DNA of 64,000 bases, taken from contig NC_042998.1 in NCBI RefSeq assembly GCF_006345805.1, positions 197,408,001-197,472,000 of the forward strand. Direction: 5' to 3'. Below are positions 23,255-36,161 of this stretch, in pieces. Below the pieces are notes generated by a model, which made no database searches, was not told the origin of the DNA, and saw only the letters and a program-made list of their open reading frames with translations. This DNA is from Octopus sinensis. Lineage: Eukaryota. The position numbers were made by a program, and so were the translations under genes. Positions within the stretch are counted from its first letter, which is position 1; the number at the start of each line of letters is the position of its first letter.

Positions 23255-24583
23255 GTTGTATTTAGGAATGTCATTTGCCAGTTTAGCCAATAAAAACACA
23301 CACACTATATATTTGTGTTACTTTGCTTCAGCTTTATTATATTTTTACATTAATCTTAATCTTATTTCGGCCAGAGTTCTTTCGTCACACTCCTGTGACC
23401 TCATCAGTGGTCCTTTGCTTTCTTCTTTGTGTGTCTCTCCTTACTAACGGTCAGCCACTTTGTATTTTGTATTCCTGTTGCATGTGTCTTTATTTGCGCA
23501 TGCGTACACCTCTATGTGTGTGTATGTTTAGTTAGTGTGAGTGTGTGTGTGGGAGGGGGAAGTGTCTGTAATTTTTCATCTCCTGTTTATACACATTCGT
23601 GTAATTTGTTTTTGTTTATTTTGTTTATGTGTTTACACCTACTTATTATTATTATTATATTTTTGTTGTATTTAGTTAAATTAATCTTTTTTTGTTAATG
23701 TATATAGTTATTTACGTCCATTTGTTTATCTGTGTATTTTATTGTTTTTAGTTTTGTTTATATTATTATCAGTTTATGGGGATCTTATTGTCATATGGTG
23801 TGGTGTGTTGGGTGTGTGTGCTAGTGTTCCATTCCAGTTTCCTATTCAACCTGTAGCTTCTGTAATTTGTCTGATTGTTGTGTCTGTTCTATGTGTGGAC
23901 AAGATTTTAACTTCTATGTTGTTGAGTGAGGCCCCGTGTTCCTGTTCAGCATGTTGGTACAGAACCGATGAGCTCTTTTCTTCCTTAAGTTCTCTCCAAT
24001 GTTCATTTACCCACTCTCCTATACTCCGTGCTGTTTCCCCTACGTATGTCGTTGTCTTGTTACTGCATCGTCCCTCTGTACATCTTATACTATAGACTAC
24101 ATTTCTGGCTTTACAGTTTGTTTGTGGGCTAAATCTACACACAGTACAGTTCCTATCCGTACAGGGGGTTCTACTAAAAGGGTAGGTCCTACTGATTAGG
24201 GATTTGATAGGGTTGCCTAACCTTTCAACAACCTTAATCCTTAGCTTAGTTTGTCTAGGGCCCTTCTAAAGCGGTATGCCAGTTCGTCTCTAGGGGTGGT
24301 GTCGACAAACATGACATTGGTATTTGTGGCTATCATACCAAGAGTTGGCCTTCCCTATTTTCTTCTTAGTCCTTTCAATAGTGTACCAATTCACTTGCTC
24401 TATATAGAGTGGGCAAATCCCATTCCTATCATTACATATGATAGTATCAAATTTCTTCATGGCCCCTTTGTATACTCTGATCCTTTCTTTATGGCTGTAA
24501 CCTGAGAACTGCATGCGATGAACGAAATGTTGTATGCATCTCTTGAACTCTATCGGGTCGCACATGCAGGACACATTTTGCAT
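23255..24583 (-). mobile_element. Penelope-like element remnant (RT C-terminus/linker + GIY-YIG endonuclease + pLTR-like 3' region)
   Basis: RMQFSGY...WY...VMFVDTTP...IKVVE...CTDRNCTVC...C, then VVYSIRC...C...YVGETARSIGEWVNEH; frameshifted. Confidence 0.88.
23369..23413 (-). ncRNA. Candidate minimal type I hammerhead ribozyme
   Basis: GGACCA-CUGAUGA-G-GUCAC(AGGAGU)GUGAC-GAAA-GAAC-UC|UGGCC, located 3' of the PLE GIY-YIG region. Confidence 0.65.
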
Positions 24584-24600
24584 TATATATATACATGTAT

Positions 24601-24653
<53 letters not shown>

Positions 24654-25143
24654 CATACATATTGTATGTATAATGTCTTCTGACATGTATGTATAATGCC
24701 CTCTATATATAAATTAATATGTTCAATAAGAAATAATTATTTTCGAAATTTTTTCTCTTATGAGGTTTTTACGCTATCTACCTGACAATTTCTTGTTAAG
24801 TTTTCCTTATTAAGTAGTTGTCCTTAATTGCTAAATATATATACATACATATATATATACATATATATATAATACCATATTCAATATAATATAACAATAT
24901 ATATATATATTACACACATATAATTACTTATTCATGTGGGTGTATGTATATATATATATATGTGCACATGTATATGTATATATATATATGTACATATATA
25001 TATATATACTTACATTATATACAAATACAATATATAATATATATATACTTATATATATATATATCAACATACACAATATATACATAATTATACTACAAGT
25101 ATATATGATATATATATACATATAGTATAATATATTTAGATAT

Positions 25144-26760
25144 ATCATCATCATCATCATCATCATTTAGCATCCGTTTTCCATGCTAGCATGGGTTGGA
25201 CGGTTCCACTGGGGTCTGGGAGCCCGAAGGCTGCACCAGGCCAGTCAGATCTGGCAGTGTTTCTACAGCTGGATGCCCTTCCTAACGCCAACCACTCCGA
25301 GAGTGTAGTGGGTGATTTTATGTGCCACCGACACAGGTGCCAGACGAGGCTGGCGAACGGCCACGCCGGATGGTGTTTTTATGTGCCACCAACACAGGTG
25401 CCAGACGAGGCTGGCAGACGGCCACGCTCGGATGTGTTTTTTATGTGCCACCGACACAGGTGCCAGATGAGGCTGGCGGCCGGCCCACGATCGGATGGTG
25501 TTTGTTACTTCCCCAAAGCACGGAGGCCAGTCTATGCGGTACTGGCTACGGCCACGTTCGGATGATTTTCTTGTGTGCCACCACCGGCACTGGTACCAAC
25601 AAAGATACAAATTCCATTGATGTTCATCTATTTTGATTTGTTTTCATTTGATTTGATTTTCACTTGCCTCAACAGGTCTTCACAAGTGTCACAAGAAGGA
25701 AGGTATGCACAGGTGGACTGACTACGTCCCAGGTAGGGGCCACGGGTTATGGCCTGACTAGTCTTGCTGGGTCTTCGGATGGTGGTTTTTATGTGCCACC
25801 GACACAGGTGCCAGATGAGGCTGGCGAACGGCCACGATCGGATGGTGTTTGTTGCGTGCCCACAGCACGGAGGCCAGTCGATGCGGTACTGGCTACGGCC
25901 ACGTTCGGATGGTTTTCTTGTGTGCCACCGGCACTGGTACCACAAGATACAAATTCCATTGATGTTCATCTATTTTGATTTGATTTGATTTGATTTTCAC
26001 TGTGCCTCAACAGGTTTCACAAGTGTCACAAGAAGGAAGGAAGGTATGCACAGGTGGACTGACTACGTCCCAAGTAGGGGCCATGGGTTATGGCCTGACT
26101 AGTCTTGCCGGTCTTCGGTCGGTGTTTTTATGTGCCACCGACACAGGTGGCCAGATGAGGCTGGCGGACGGCCACGATCGGATGGTGTTTTGTTATGTGC
26201 CCACATCACAGAGGCCAGTCGATGCGGTACTGGCTACGGCCATGTTCGGATGGTTTTCTTGTGTGCCACCGGTACTGGTACCACAAATATCACAATTCCA
26301 TTGATGTTCATCTATTTTGATTTGGTTTGATTTGATTTGATTTTGATTTGATTTTCACTTGCCTCAACAGGTCTACACAAGTGTCACACACTTGCCTCAA
26401 CAGGTCTCACAAGTGTCATAAGTAGGAAGGTAATGCACAGGTGGACTGACTACGTCGCCGGGTCTTCGGATGGTGTTTTTATGTGCCACCGACACAGGTG
26501 CCAGATGAGGCTGGCGAACGGCCATGATCGGATGGTTTTTTGTGTGCCACCGGTACTGGAACCACAAAGATACAAATTCCATTGATGTTCATCTATTTTG
26601 ATTTGGTTTGATTTTCACTTGCCTCAACAGGTCTTCACAAGTGTCACACGTGTCACACACTTGCCTCAACAGGTCTCCACAAGTGTCACACACTTGCCTC
26701 TGCCTCAACAGGTCTTCACAAAGTGTCACACACTTGCCTCTGCCTCAACAGGTCTTCACA
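25144..26760 (-). mobile_element. RTE 3' UTR with nested tandem duplications
   Basis: cac(t)tgcctcaacagg recurs at 25661, 25998, 26356 and 26616, plus short repeats to 26760. Confidence 0.88.
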
Positions 26761-27240
26761 TGTATATATGATATATATACATACATGTATATACAATATA
26801 TGTACAGACATATATATAAATAATATAGATACATACTTGTGTATAATATATACATACAAACACGTATATATAGTATATATACATACACATATACATATAT
26901 ATAGTATATATACATACACATATACATACATATATTATATACATACACATATACATACATATAGTATATATACATACACATATACATACATATATATATA
27001 TACATACACATATACATACATATAGTATATATACATACACAATACATACATATATATATATATATTATATAATAATATATACGCATACATATATAGATGC
27101 ATATGCATACACAGATATGTATATATTATACATACATATACATGATTGTATATATATATTATATATATATATATATATTATAGATAGATAGATAGATAGA
27201 TAGATATGTATATATTTGCATGTATATGCATTTACATGTA
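26760..27240. repeat. (TA)/(CATA)/(GATA) compound microsatellite
   Basis: Direct inspection. Confidence 0.95.
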
Positions 27241-27742
27241 CTGTAAATCCTCGAGTATAGTCCGCCCTTGAGTATAATACGCAGGGGATTTTTAGGGGGC
27301 TGTAACTCTGGAAAACCTAAACCTTGTGTATAATACACACCCTTTCTCTAACTTGAGTGAAGGAGGTCTATATAACGAACCTTGGTTTGTAAAAATGTAT
27401 ACGATAACATCCTTTATTATTATTGTATATATAACATAATGCAAACGTGTAGCTTTTTTGTGCATTTTGTTTGCAGAAAATAAAGAAATAACAGTAATAA
27501 CGTTTAATAAATGTTGCTTACTGCAAGTTATGGATGTTTCTTTTATGACTTCGTTGCTTTCAGGTATTTTCACGCCCGACATCACAAAATGCATCTGAAT
27601 AAACATTGCCGGACAGCAAATAGAGACTCGAACATTGCTTAGAAAATAATTTTCATTTTTTAACCTCGTATATAGTACGCACTATGGATTTTGACTTTTA
27701 AATTTTGGGAAAAAAATGCGGATTATACTCGAGGATTTACGA
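27241..27742. mobile_element. pogo/Tigger-like MITE
   Basis: TIRs ctgtaaatcctcgagtatagtccgc / gcggattatactcgaggatttacga, TA on both sides. Confidence 0.82.
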
Positions 27743-29193
27743 TATTTGTGTATGCTTATGTGTGTGTGTTTCTGTGTGTGTGTTTGTGTGTGTGTGGCAA
27801 TGATATACTGTAAAAAAAGTGACCAACGGCGGATGAATTGTAATCAAATATAAACCAAATTTAATTTTGAAAGGAATTTAATTACATCCAAATAGTTTGT
27901 AATAATTAAATATAAATATAAATATAAATATTTATACATAAATATATTTATGTATGCATATAAGCTTAGTTATTATGATCATCATCATTATTATTTTTTA
28001 AATTATTATTATGATTACTATACTTACTATAATTATTATTATTATTATTATTACTATTATTATTATTATTTTTATTAAGGTAGCAATCTGGCAGAACATT
28101 ACCATGTCAGACAAAATGCTTCACAGTATTTCTTCCAACTTTACATTCTGAGTTCAGACGCTGCTGGAATTAACTTATCCTTTCATACTTTCAGAGTTGA
28201 TAAAACAATTACTAGTTGAGCACTGTGGTTGATACTATCAGCTTACCTCCTCCCCCAAAATTCCTGGCCTTCTGCCAAAATTTGAAAACATTATTATTAT
28301 TATTATTATTGAGTGAGAGAGCAGTGCATGCCATCAAAGTGACACTGGGGTAAAATATACAAAGCCCAATATACCCATCATGACTACCCGTCTGATAAGG
28401 GTACACTAGGCATATGCACATGCATCACAACCATATGTGCGCAAAATGGTGATCTCATATCAAGATAAACAGCACATGACCTTGCAGGTGGGGCCCAATT
28501 AGAATTTTCTTCTGGTCGAGTAACCCATCCCGCTCAGAAGGTCCCTGAATAAGGGTTGTTTAAGAGTGTTGAATGAAGCACCCATGTTTCCAAAGGTGAA
28601 TTATCCAAACCCCAAAGAATCCCTCTCAACACAGGGCTATGATGCTCCCCCACTACTTCTGCTCGTGATCAGAGATGCACATATCGTCAGCCACTAAGGG
28701 ACATGCTCAACTGGTTAAGGTCAAACAACTGACAAGTAAATTTACGGTATTGAGGAGAATATTTGCTGTAGCCCATCATTCATACCAAGACAAAATGATG
28801 TACATGATAACACTTCCAATCGGTTAAGATCAGAAGCCATGAGAGCCACTGCCTGGTACTGCATCAGGGCATTTATTATTATTATCATTATTATTATTAT
28901 TATTATTATTAGATAATTTATAGAAGACTGCAGCAGTAAATAACAATCCCAGCAACAGCAAATTTAATTATAAACATAATAGAAATGATGTTTCCTTACA
29001 TTGGCTTAAGGTCTCAAATTTGTGTAGCGAATCCATGTAACCCCAGTATTTAAGTGGTAAAGGGCCAGTCAGATGTTATTGAGCCAAGAAGGATGAAAGG
29101 TTAAGTCGACACCAGTGGGATTTGAACATTGTAGGGAAAGTGTTGTAAGGCAGTTTGTCCAATGTTCTAACCAAGTGTGCCATCTGCCAATCT

Positions 29194-29237
<44 letters not shown>

Positions 29238-29399
29238 CAGCAGTAACAAGGTTGTTATCACTAAACATGAAGTCTAATACACGACAACAAGAACAACAAC
29301 AACAAAAACAACAAATTTGAATATTTTTTCATCTACCTTCACCGGAGACAGTAACAATAACGTTCTAATTTAGTATTTATATTAACAATAACGAATTAT

Positions 29400-29482
29400 A
29401 AAAAATTGGCAATAATAACAATATTTGTTACAACAACAACAACAACAACAACAATAATAACAATAATATAATAATAACAATA

Positions 29483-29518
<36 letters not shown>

Positions 29519-29565
29519 TAATAATAATAATAATAATAAATAATAGTAATAATAATAATAAGTAT
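29400..29565. repeat. (AAC)/(AAT) microsatellite about 80 nt 3' of the AK stop (probable 3' UTR)
   Basis: Position relative to the stop codon; the UTR end is not determined. Confidence 0.8.
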
Positions 29566-29643
29566 TCGTGATAATTAACAGAAAAGGTATGCAATAGTTT
29601 TAAGAGAAATAAATCTTGATATCATTGATGCTGTTGTTAAGAC

Positions 29644-29715
29644 TCATGAAGCAAAACGTTTCATAGCTTCCTTGGCTTGTACAAACACTTTATCCACTGT
29701 GTTGTTAGAATCAAT
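29644..29715 (-). CDS. AK1: AK terminal coding exon ([23 protein letters not shown])
   Basis: tcttttcag acceptor; homologous to the 76-nt exon; TGA at 29646-29644. Confidence 0.88.
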   Translation of the reverse strand: MDSNNTVDKVFVQAKEAMKRFAS

Positions 29716-32700
29716 CTGAAAAGATAAAGTGAAATAATCCAGTCATACAGTCTCAGTATTGTTTTTAAAAAAAATTATTATTTCTTGCTTTACTTCTACC
29801 TACAATTCACTCTTTATTTCCGTCTAACCTTCTGTCCTCCTTTGCTAGACAGTAAAGTGTGAGGTATGCAGGAATTACGACCATACACAATTGTACATAC
29901 ATACATACATACATACATACATACATACATGGTGGCTGCCCCCTCGTTATCGAGTATGGCCGTTGCGTGAAGCTTAATCAATGTTGTTATTGTGCAATGC
30001 CTGTGCAAGAAGATTTTTTTTTTAAAGTGAGGAAAGGCTGTGCACTGAGTCAATCCCACTCACTAAGCAACAGCAGCCATAATCCGAAAAGAAGAACAAG
30101 TCAACATCATCGGTAACCACTGAGCCGCAGGTTTTATGTCGGAGTTATCCCAGTTACCTGAGTTACCTTCTCCTAGAAGGATGCCCTAACAAAGGCTAGG
30201 AGTCCTTCACTCCCAATGGTTTAACCGTGCGATCGGGTATTCAGTCTGATTATTTCTATGTCCCAGCGCATGATACAGCCTATAGACATTTATTGGATGG
30301 CCGTTGACTCTCAAGAGTTCCTCCGCCCTTTGACGGGTTTTGTTTTTCATCCCGAAGGGTGTCCAATAAACACCCTCCTCACCAAGCAAGCTTGGTGGGG
30401 TTGCCGGTTTAGTCACCGACGACCTGACCATGCAACAGGTAGTACTGGGTTACAGGTTACCAATAGCACTCGAAAGTGACCTGACATACATACATATGTG
30501 CTCATATGCAAGCTTATGCTTATGTATACACACAGATGTAGGTACATATACATGCATTTGTGTATAGACATGATATATATATATGTATGTATGTGTATAG
30601 TGAATTTTATATATGTGTATGTGTAGGTTTGTGTGTGTAAGTATGTATATAGACCCCTATTCATAGATCTATAGACATATGTATCCGTATATGTACATGC
30701 ATACATCTATAGTCACACACGTATGTCTGTGTATGCCTGCATTCAACAGGCTGACGCACATACATACATACAAACATACATACGTGTGTGTGTGTGTGTG
30801 TGTGCATGTGTGTGCATGTGTGTGTGTGTGTATGATGGTCACTCTTGTTGATTTCGAAGTGTGAGAGTTTGAAGGAGAGGACTTAAATCAGCATGTATCT
30901 TGAAACCCAATGTGGATTTCAGGCTGGGTGCGGCCCAGTTGATGTGATTTTTGCCCTTCTACATGTTAAAAGAAAAAGCTTGTGAGCAAAATACTGAGCA
31001 GTCTTTGTTGACGTGTTCAAGGCCCTTGAAACAATGAATCATGAGGTGCTCTGGAAAATTTTGTCAAAAGTAGGTTTTCCTGACAAAATGACAAGGGAAA
31101 CAATATCTTTGCATGAGGGAACAATGGCAACAGTGACGTCCAGCAGTCAATGGACAAAGGCATTTTCTATTGCCTCTAGAACCAAACAGGGTTCTGCTTT
31201 AACTCCTGTACTTTTTCCCCATATTCTTTTTGATAAAAGGCGGCGAGATGGCAGAAACGTTAGAACGCCGGGCGAAATGCTTAGCGGTATTTCGTCTGTC
31301 GCTACGTTCTGAGTTCAAATTCCGCTGAGGTCGACTTTGCCTTTCATCCTTTCGGGGTCGATTCAATAAGTACCAGTTACGCACTGGGGTCGATGTAATC
31401 GACTTAATCCGTGTGTCTGTCCTTGTATGTCCTCTCTGTGTTTAGCCCCTTGTGGGTAGTAACGAAATACATATTGTTTTTGATAATTCTCCAACATGCT
31501 TTTAAGGATTACCATGGAAGTTTAAAATTTCAGTTCCACACAGAAGGAAGTCTACTAAACCTAAAAAGGCAAAGACCGTGCAAGAGATTCTATGTGACTT
31601 TCTGTTTGATGATGATTGGACTTTGATTTCTCATACCTTTGAGGGATTGAGAAAATAGCTGACAGGTTTGCTGTCAGAAACGAGCAGGCAGAAACATTAG
31701 CACGCTGGGCGAAATGCGTAGCCGTATTTAGTCTGCCGTTACGTTCTGAGTTCAAATTCCGCCGAAGTCAACTTTACCTTTCATCCTTTCAGGGTTGATT
31801 AAATAAGTACCAGTTATGCACTGGGGTCGATATAATCGACTTAATCCATTTGTCTGTCCTTGTTTGTCCTCTCTATGTTTAGCCCCTTGGGTGTAGTAAA
31901 GAAATAGGTATTTCATCTGCCGCTACGTTCTGAGTTCAAATTCCGCCGAGGTCGACTTTGCCTTTCATCCTTTCGGGGTCGATAAATTAAGTACCAGTTA
32001 TGCACTGGGATCGATATAATCGACTTAATCCATTTGTCTGTCCTTGTTTGTCCTCTCTGTGTTTAGCCCCTTGTGGGTAGTTAAGAAATAGATTTGCTCT
32101 GGTAGCTTGAGCATTTGAACTCTCTACCAGCATCAAGAAGACGGAAGTTTTATTCCAGCCAAAGTGAGGGACAGAACATTCTCAAGTTTCAAATGTGATG
32201 ATTGACAATAAGCCACTCAAATGGGTTGGGTCATACAAATATCTTGGAAGTACAGTAAACTTTAAAAGTACTCTTGATGATGAAATCAATGTTAGAATAT
32301 CTAAGCTTAGAAGGGCTTTTGGAGAAATTTCCTGTCATTAGTGGGATGAACATGGTGTTGGTCTGAAAACTGAAATAAGTGTATACAAATCTTGTACTTT
32401 GAGCAAACTCTTATACAGAGCAGAAGCATGGTCTGTCTCCCTGCCACAGACATATAAAGAAAGTCAAAACCTTTCACATGTGCTGTCTGCACAATATCTG
32501 CAACATAAAATGGCAAGATAGGATATCAAATGTTAAAATCTTAGAAAAATGTGATATCTCCAGTGTCAAAAGCATGCGGCTGAGGATTCGGTGCAGGTAA
32601 GTAGGACATGTTGTTTGAATGAAAAATGACTGCATTCTAAAAATTCTTTTGGATGGCTGACAAGCAGAGGGATACTGCAGTAAAGGGAGACCCATCCTTA

Positions 32701-35680
32701 GGCATAAGGATAAGCCGAAGCAATCATTAAAATCTCTACAGTTTAATTTGACATCGTGGGAAAGTTATTGCCTAGACTGATCTGTATGGCAGAAGATGTG
32801 TCACGATGCATCATAACGATTTGAGTTGAACAAACAGAACAATAAAATAATTATATCCTGCAATTAACAGTTTGTAAAAATGGATGACTCTTTGGAAATA
32901 TTGTAGGCTATGTTCTTTACAAGAATTACTGCTGCACATTTACGGGTAAACCACTCAGGGGATTTGGGATTATGAGATTTTGATGTAGAGGAGCAGGTCT
33001 AAAAATAGAGTCTTAGTCACCTGTCTAACTACGATTTCATCTCAATCGAAGGAGAGGGGCTTTCTCCGTCCGGGTTACGGATCCGTGGAATAAGCTGCCG
33101 GACGAGATGGTGAAGATGCCGACGACCGCTCGGTTCAAAGTCTCCCTTGACCTCAAGTGGCCTGAACTCTTTGCATGAACACCACCCTGTACATAACTCC
33201 ATGTCCCCCTACATGGCCTTGCTTTTTTGCTTTTTGAGCCAAAAAATTAACTAACTAACTAACATATCTGACCACTGATGAGTTATGAAGGAAATGCACA
33301 TGATGCATGGAATAATTAGCACAGAATGGCTGAGGCTTTGACTAGTCGGCTGATCGGAAATTCTGTGAGGTCTGAGAAGAGGGAAGATGCTGCATAGTAT
33401 ATGGATGTATGATGGGTTGTCAAGAGAAAGAACTAGTTAGATGACCTGATGGGACTGGAGATAGTGATGGTTTGATAGATTCTACATATCACCATCATCA
33501 TCATCGTTTTACGTCCATTTTCCATGCTAGCATGGGTTCGACGGTTCGACTAGGGTCTGGGAAGCCAGAAGGCTGCACCAGGCCCAGTCTGATCTGGCAG
33601 TGTTTCTACAGATGGATACCCTTCCTAATGCCAACCACTCCGTGAGTATAGTGGGTGCTTTTTACGTGCCACTGGCACAGTTGCCAGAGGAGGCTGGCAA
33701 CGGTCACGATCGGTTGGTGCCTTTTACGTGCCACTGGCACGGAAGCCAGTCAAGGCGGCGCTGGCATCAGCCACGTACAGATGGTGCTTTTTACGTGCCA
33801 CCGGCACAGGTATCACAACTACAATTTCAATTTTGATTTTTGGAAATTGTAGTACATACAAATATGGAAGTGAGAAAAATAAAAAGGCTTTGTGACAGGA
33901 TAAAAGCTGAAGAAACATGCACCAGGCACTAAAAAAATCCTCTAAATATTGGGTGAAGGAGATAGAAACACTGGTTCTGAAAACAAGACTGGACAGTCAC
34001 AGCTTGGATACTGTTGACCACACATCTGTCTGGTCAGTGCTGACCTGAAGTTAATAGCACAACTCCTTAGACACACTTCATTGAGTCACAAGGAGAATTT
34101 TATGACATGGAACCTGATCATTATTTTTTGCCAAAACATGGATGGAAGCACTCCGTCGGTTACGACGACGAGGGTTCAGGTTGATCCGATCAACGGAACA
34201 GCCTGCTTGTGAAATTAACGTGTAAGTGGCTGAGCACTCCACAGACACGTGTACCCTTAACGTGGTTCTCGGGGATATTCAGCGTGACACAGAGAGTGAC
34301 AAGGCCGGCCCTTTGAAATACAGGTACAACAGAAACAGGAAGTAAGAGTGAGAGAAAGTTGTGGTGAAAGAGTACAGCAGGGATCACCACCATCCCCTGC
34401 CGGAGCCTCGTGGAGCTTTTAGGTGTTTTCGCTCAATAAACACTCACAACGCCCAGTCTGGGAATCGAAACCGCGATCCTACGACCGTGAGTCCGCTGCC
34501 CTAACCACTGGGCCATTGCGCCTCCCTGCCAAAACATATGTATTCCATTGCAGAATCGTGGAGTCTCATTATTTTTTGCCAAAAATATGTACTTCATTGC
34601 AGAATCTTGGAGTCTCATAAGCTAAACACAAAAGGATAGAACTGAATTTGAATAATGACTATTGTTTGTATTTGTGTGTGAGTGTGACTCTGCATGTGTG
34701 TGTGTGTGTGTATGCATGTGAGTGTGTGTGTGAGTGAATGGGTCACTATTGGACTCATAGTCAGTTTGCCTCATACCATGTAACTTGTGATTCGAGTCAG
34801 TCACATGAAATGTCACATATCTGATAAATAGCATTTAACACCCTCTTATTTGATTTGTGCTGCTCACAACAGCAATGTCATACTCTAATAGTTCCCTCTC
34901 TAGAGCAGTGGTTTTCAACCAGGGTTCCGCGGAACCTTCGGGTTCCGCCAGTACAGTCCAGGGGTTCCGCAAGAAGTTACAAAACTGCTAAAATCGGCAG
35001 TAATTTTCAATTTTCCTGTGCAGATATGTGTGCATAAGACTATCAAATTATTGCCACAGGGGTTCCCCAAGACAGTGGAATGTTTCCTTGGGGTTCCGCT
35101 CCAGCAAAAAGTTTGAAAAGCACTGCTCTAGAGTCACAAAGTGAGGACATCAACAGTAATACTTACATTAATAACTTTATTTTGGCCTTGATAGTGATCT
35201 ATAACAGGTTGGGTGATTTCGTGAAAGGTCACAAGTCTCTTCATAATGGTTTCTTTGTTGTCATCATCACGACCACTGGTTTTACCTCGGTCCAACAGAC
35301 GTGCCACCAACACATCATCTGGAGCAGTGAAGTTAAGCACGGCGGCACACTCGGTAATCTGATAATGAAAAAGTTGACAGAAAAGTGGGGGAAAATGACA
35401 CAAGCCAGAGAACCACAGAAAAAGCACAAACTAGACAAACATTTGGAATAATAAAGTAATATTCTTTTATTCTTTTACTCTTTTACTTGTTTCAGTCATT
35501 TGACTGCGGCCATGCTGGAGCACCGCCTTTAGTCGAGCAAATCGACCCCGGGACTTATTCTTTTGTAAGCCCAGTACTTATTCTATCGGTCTCTTTTTGC
35601 CGAATCGCTAAGTAACGGGGACGTAAACACACCAGCATCGGTTGTCAAGCAATGCTAGGGGGACAAACACAGACACAAAC

Positions 35681-35711
<31 letters not shown>

Positions 35712-36124
35712 CATATATACGACAGGCTTCTTTCAGTTTCCGTCTACCAAATCCACTCACAAGACATTGGTCGGCCCGAGGCTATAGTAGAAGACACTTG
35801 ACTTGCCCAAGGTGCCACGCAGTGGGACTGAACCTGGAACCATGTGGTTGGTAAACAAGCTACTTACCACACAGCCACTCCTGCGCCTAATATACGAAAT
35901 TAGTAGCCGAAAGTAAATCAATATCACCATTTTATTCAATTAGAATGAATCGGGCTGTCCTATGTTGATAGCAACATCACTGACTGCAGCCAGTATAAGG
36001 TCAATGATGGACAATGGAATTCTTCCCCACCACTGCCCTTCTGAGTTCATTTAATCTGTCACAACAAACAACAAAGCAGTTGTCCACGTTTACATGTTAG
36101 ACATAAGTGGTACACACACACGCA

Positions 36125-36161
<37 letters not shown>

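Larger units (their letters stand above)
30902..32800 (+). mobile_element. Decayed RTE/BovB-like RT fragment interrupted by two SINE B insertions
   Basis: [48 protein letters not shown] motifs in order. Confidence 0.85.

Noticed and set aside
28640-28870. Short U1 snRNA-like words on the minus strand (TACCAGGCAG, TGATCACGA, GTAGTGGGGGA)
   Set aside because: The order fits but the spacing does not match U1, there is no Sm site, and the tail suggests the element is plus-sense; probably chance.
33270-33305. GACCACTGATGAG...GAAATGCA, sharing 13 nt with the hammerhead candidate
   Set aside because: Stem II does not pair and the UH triplet is missing; at most a dead relic.
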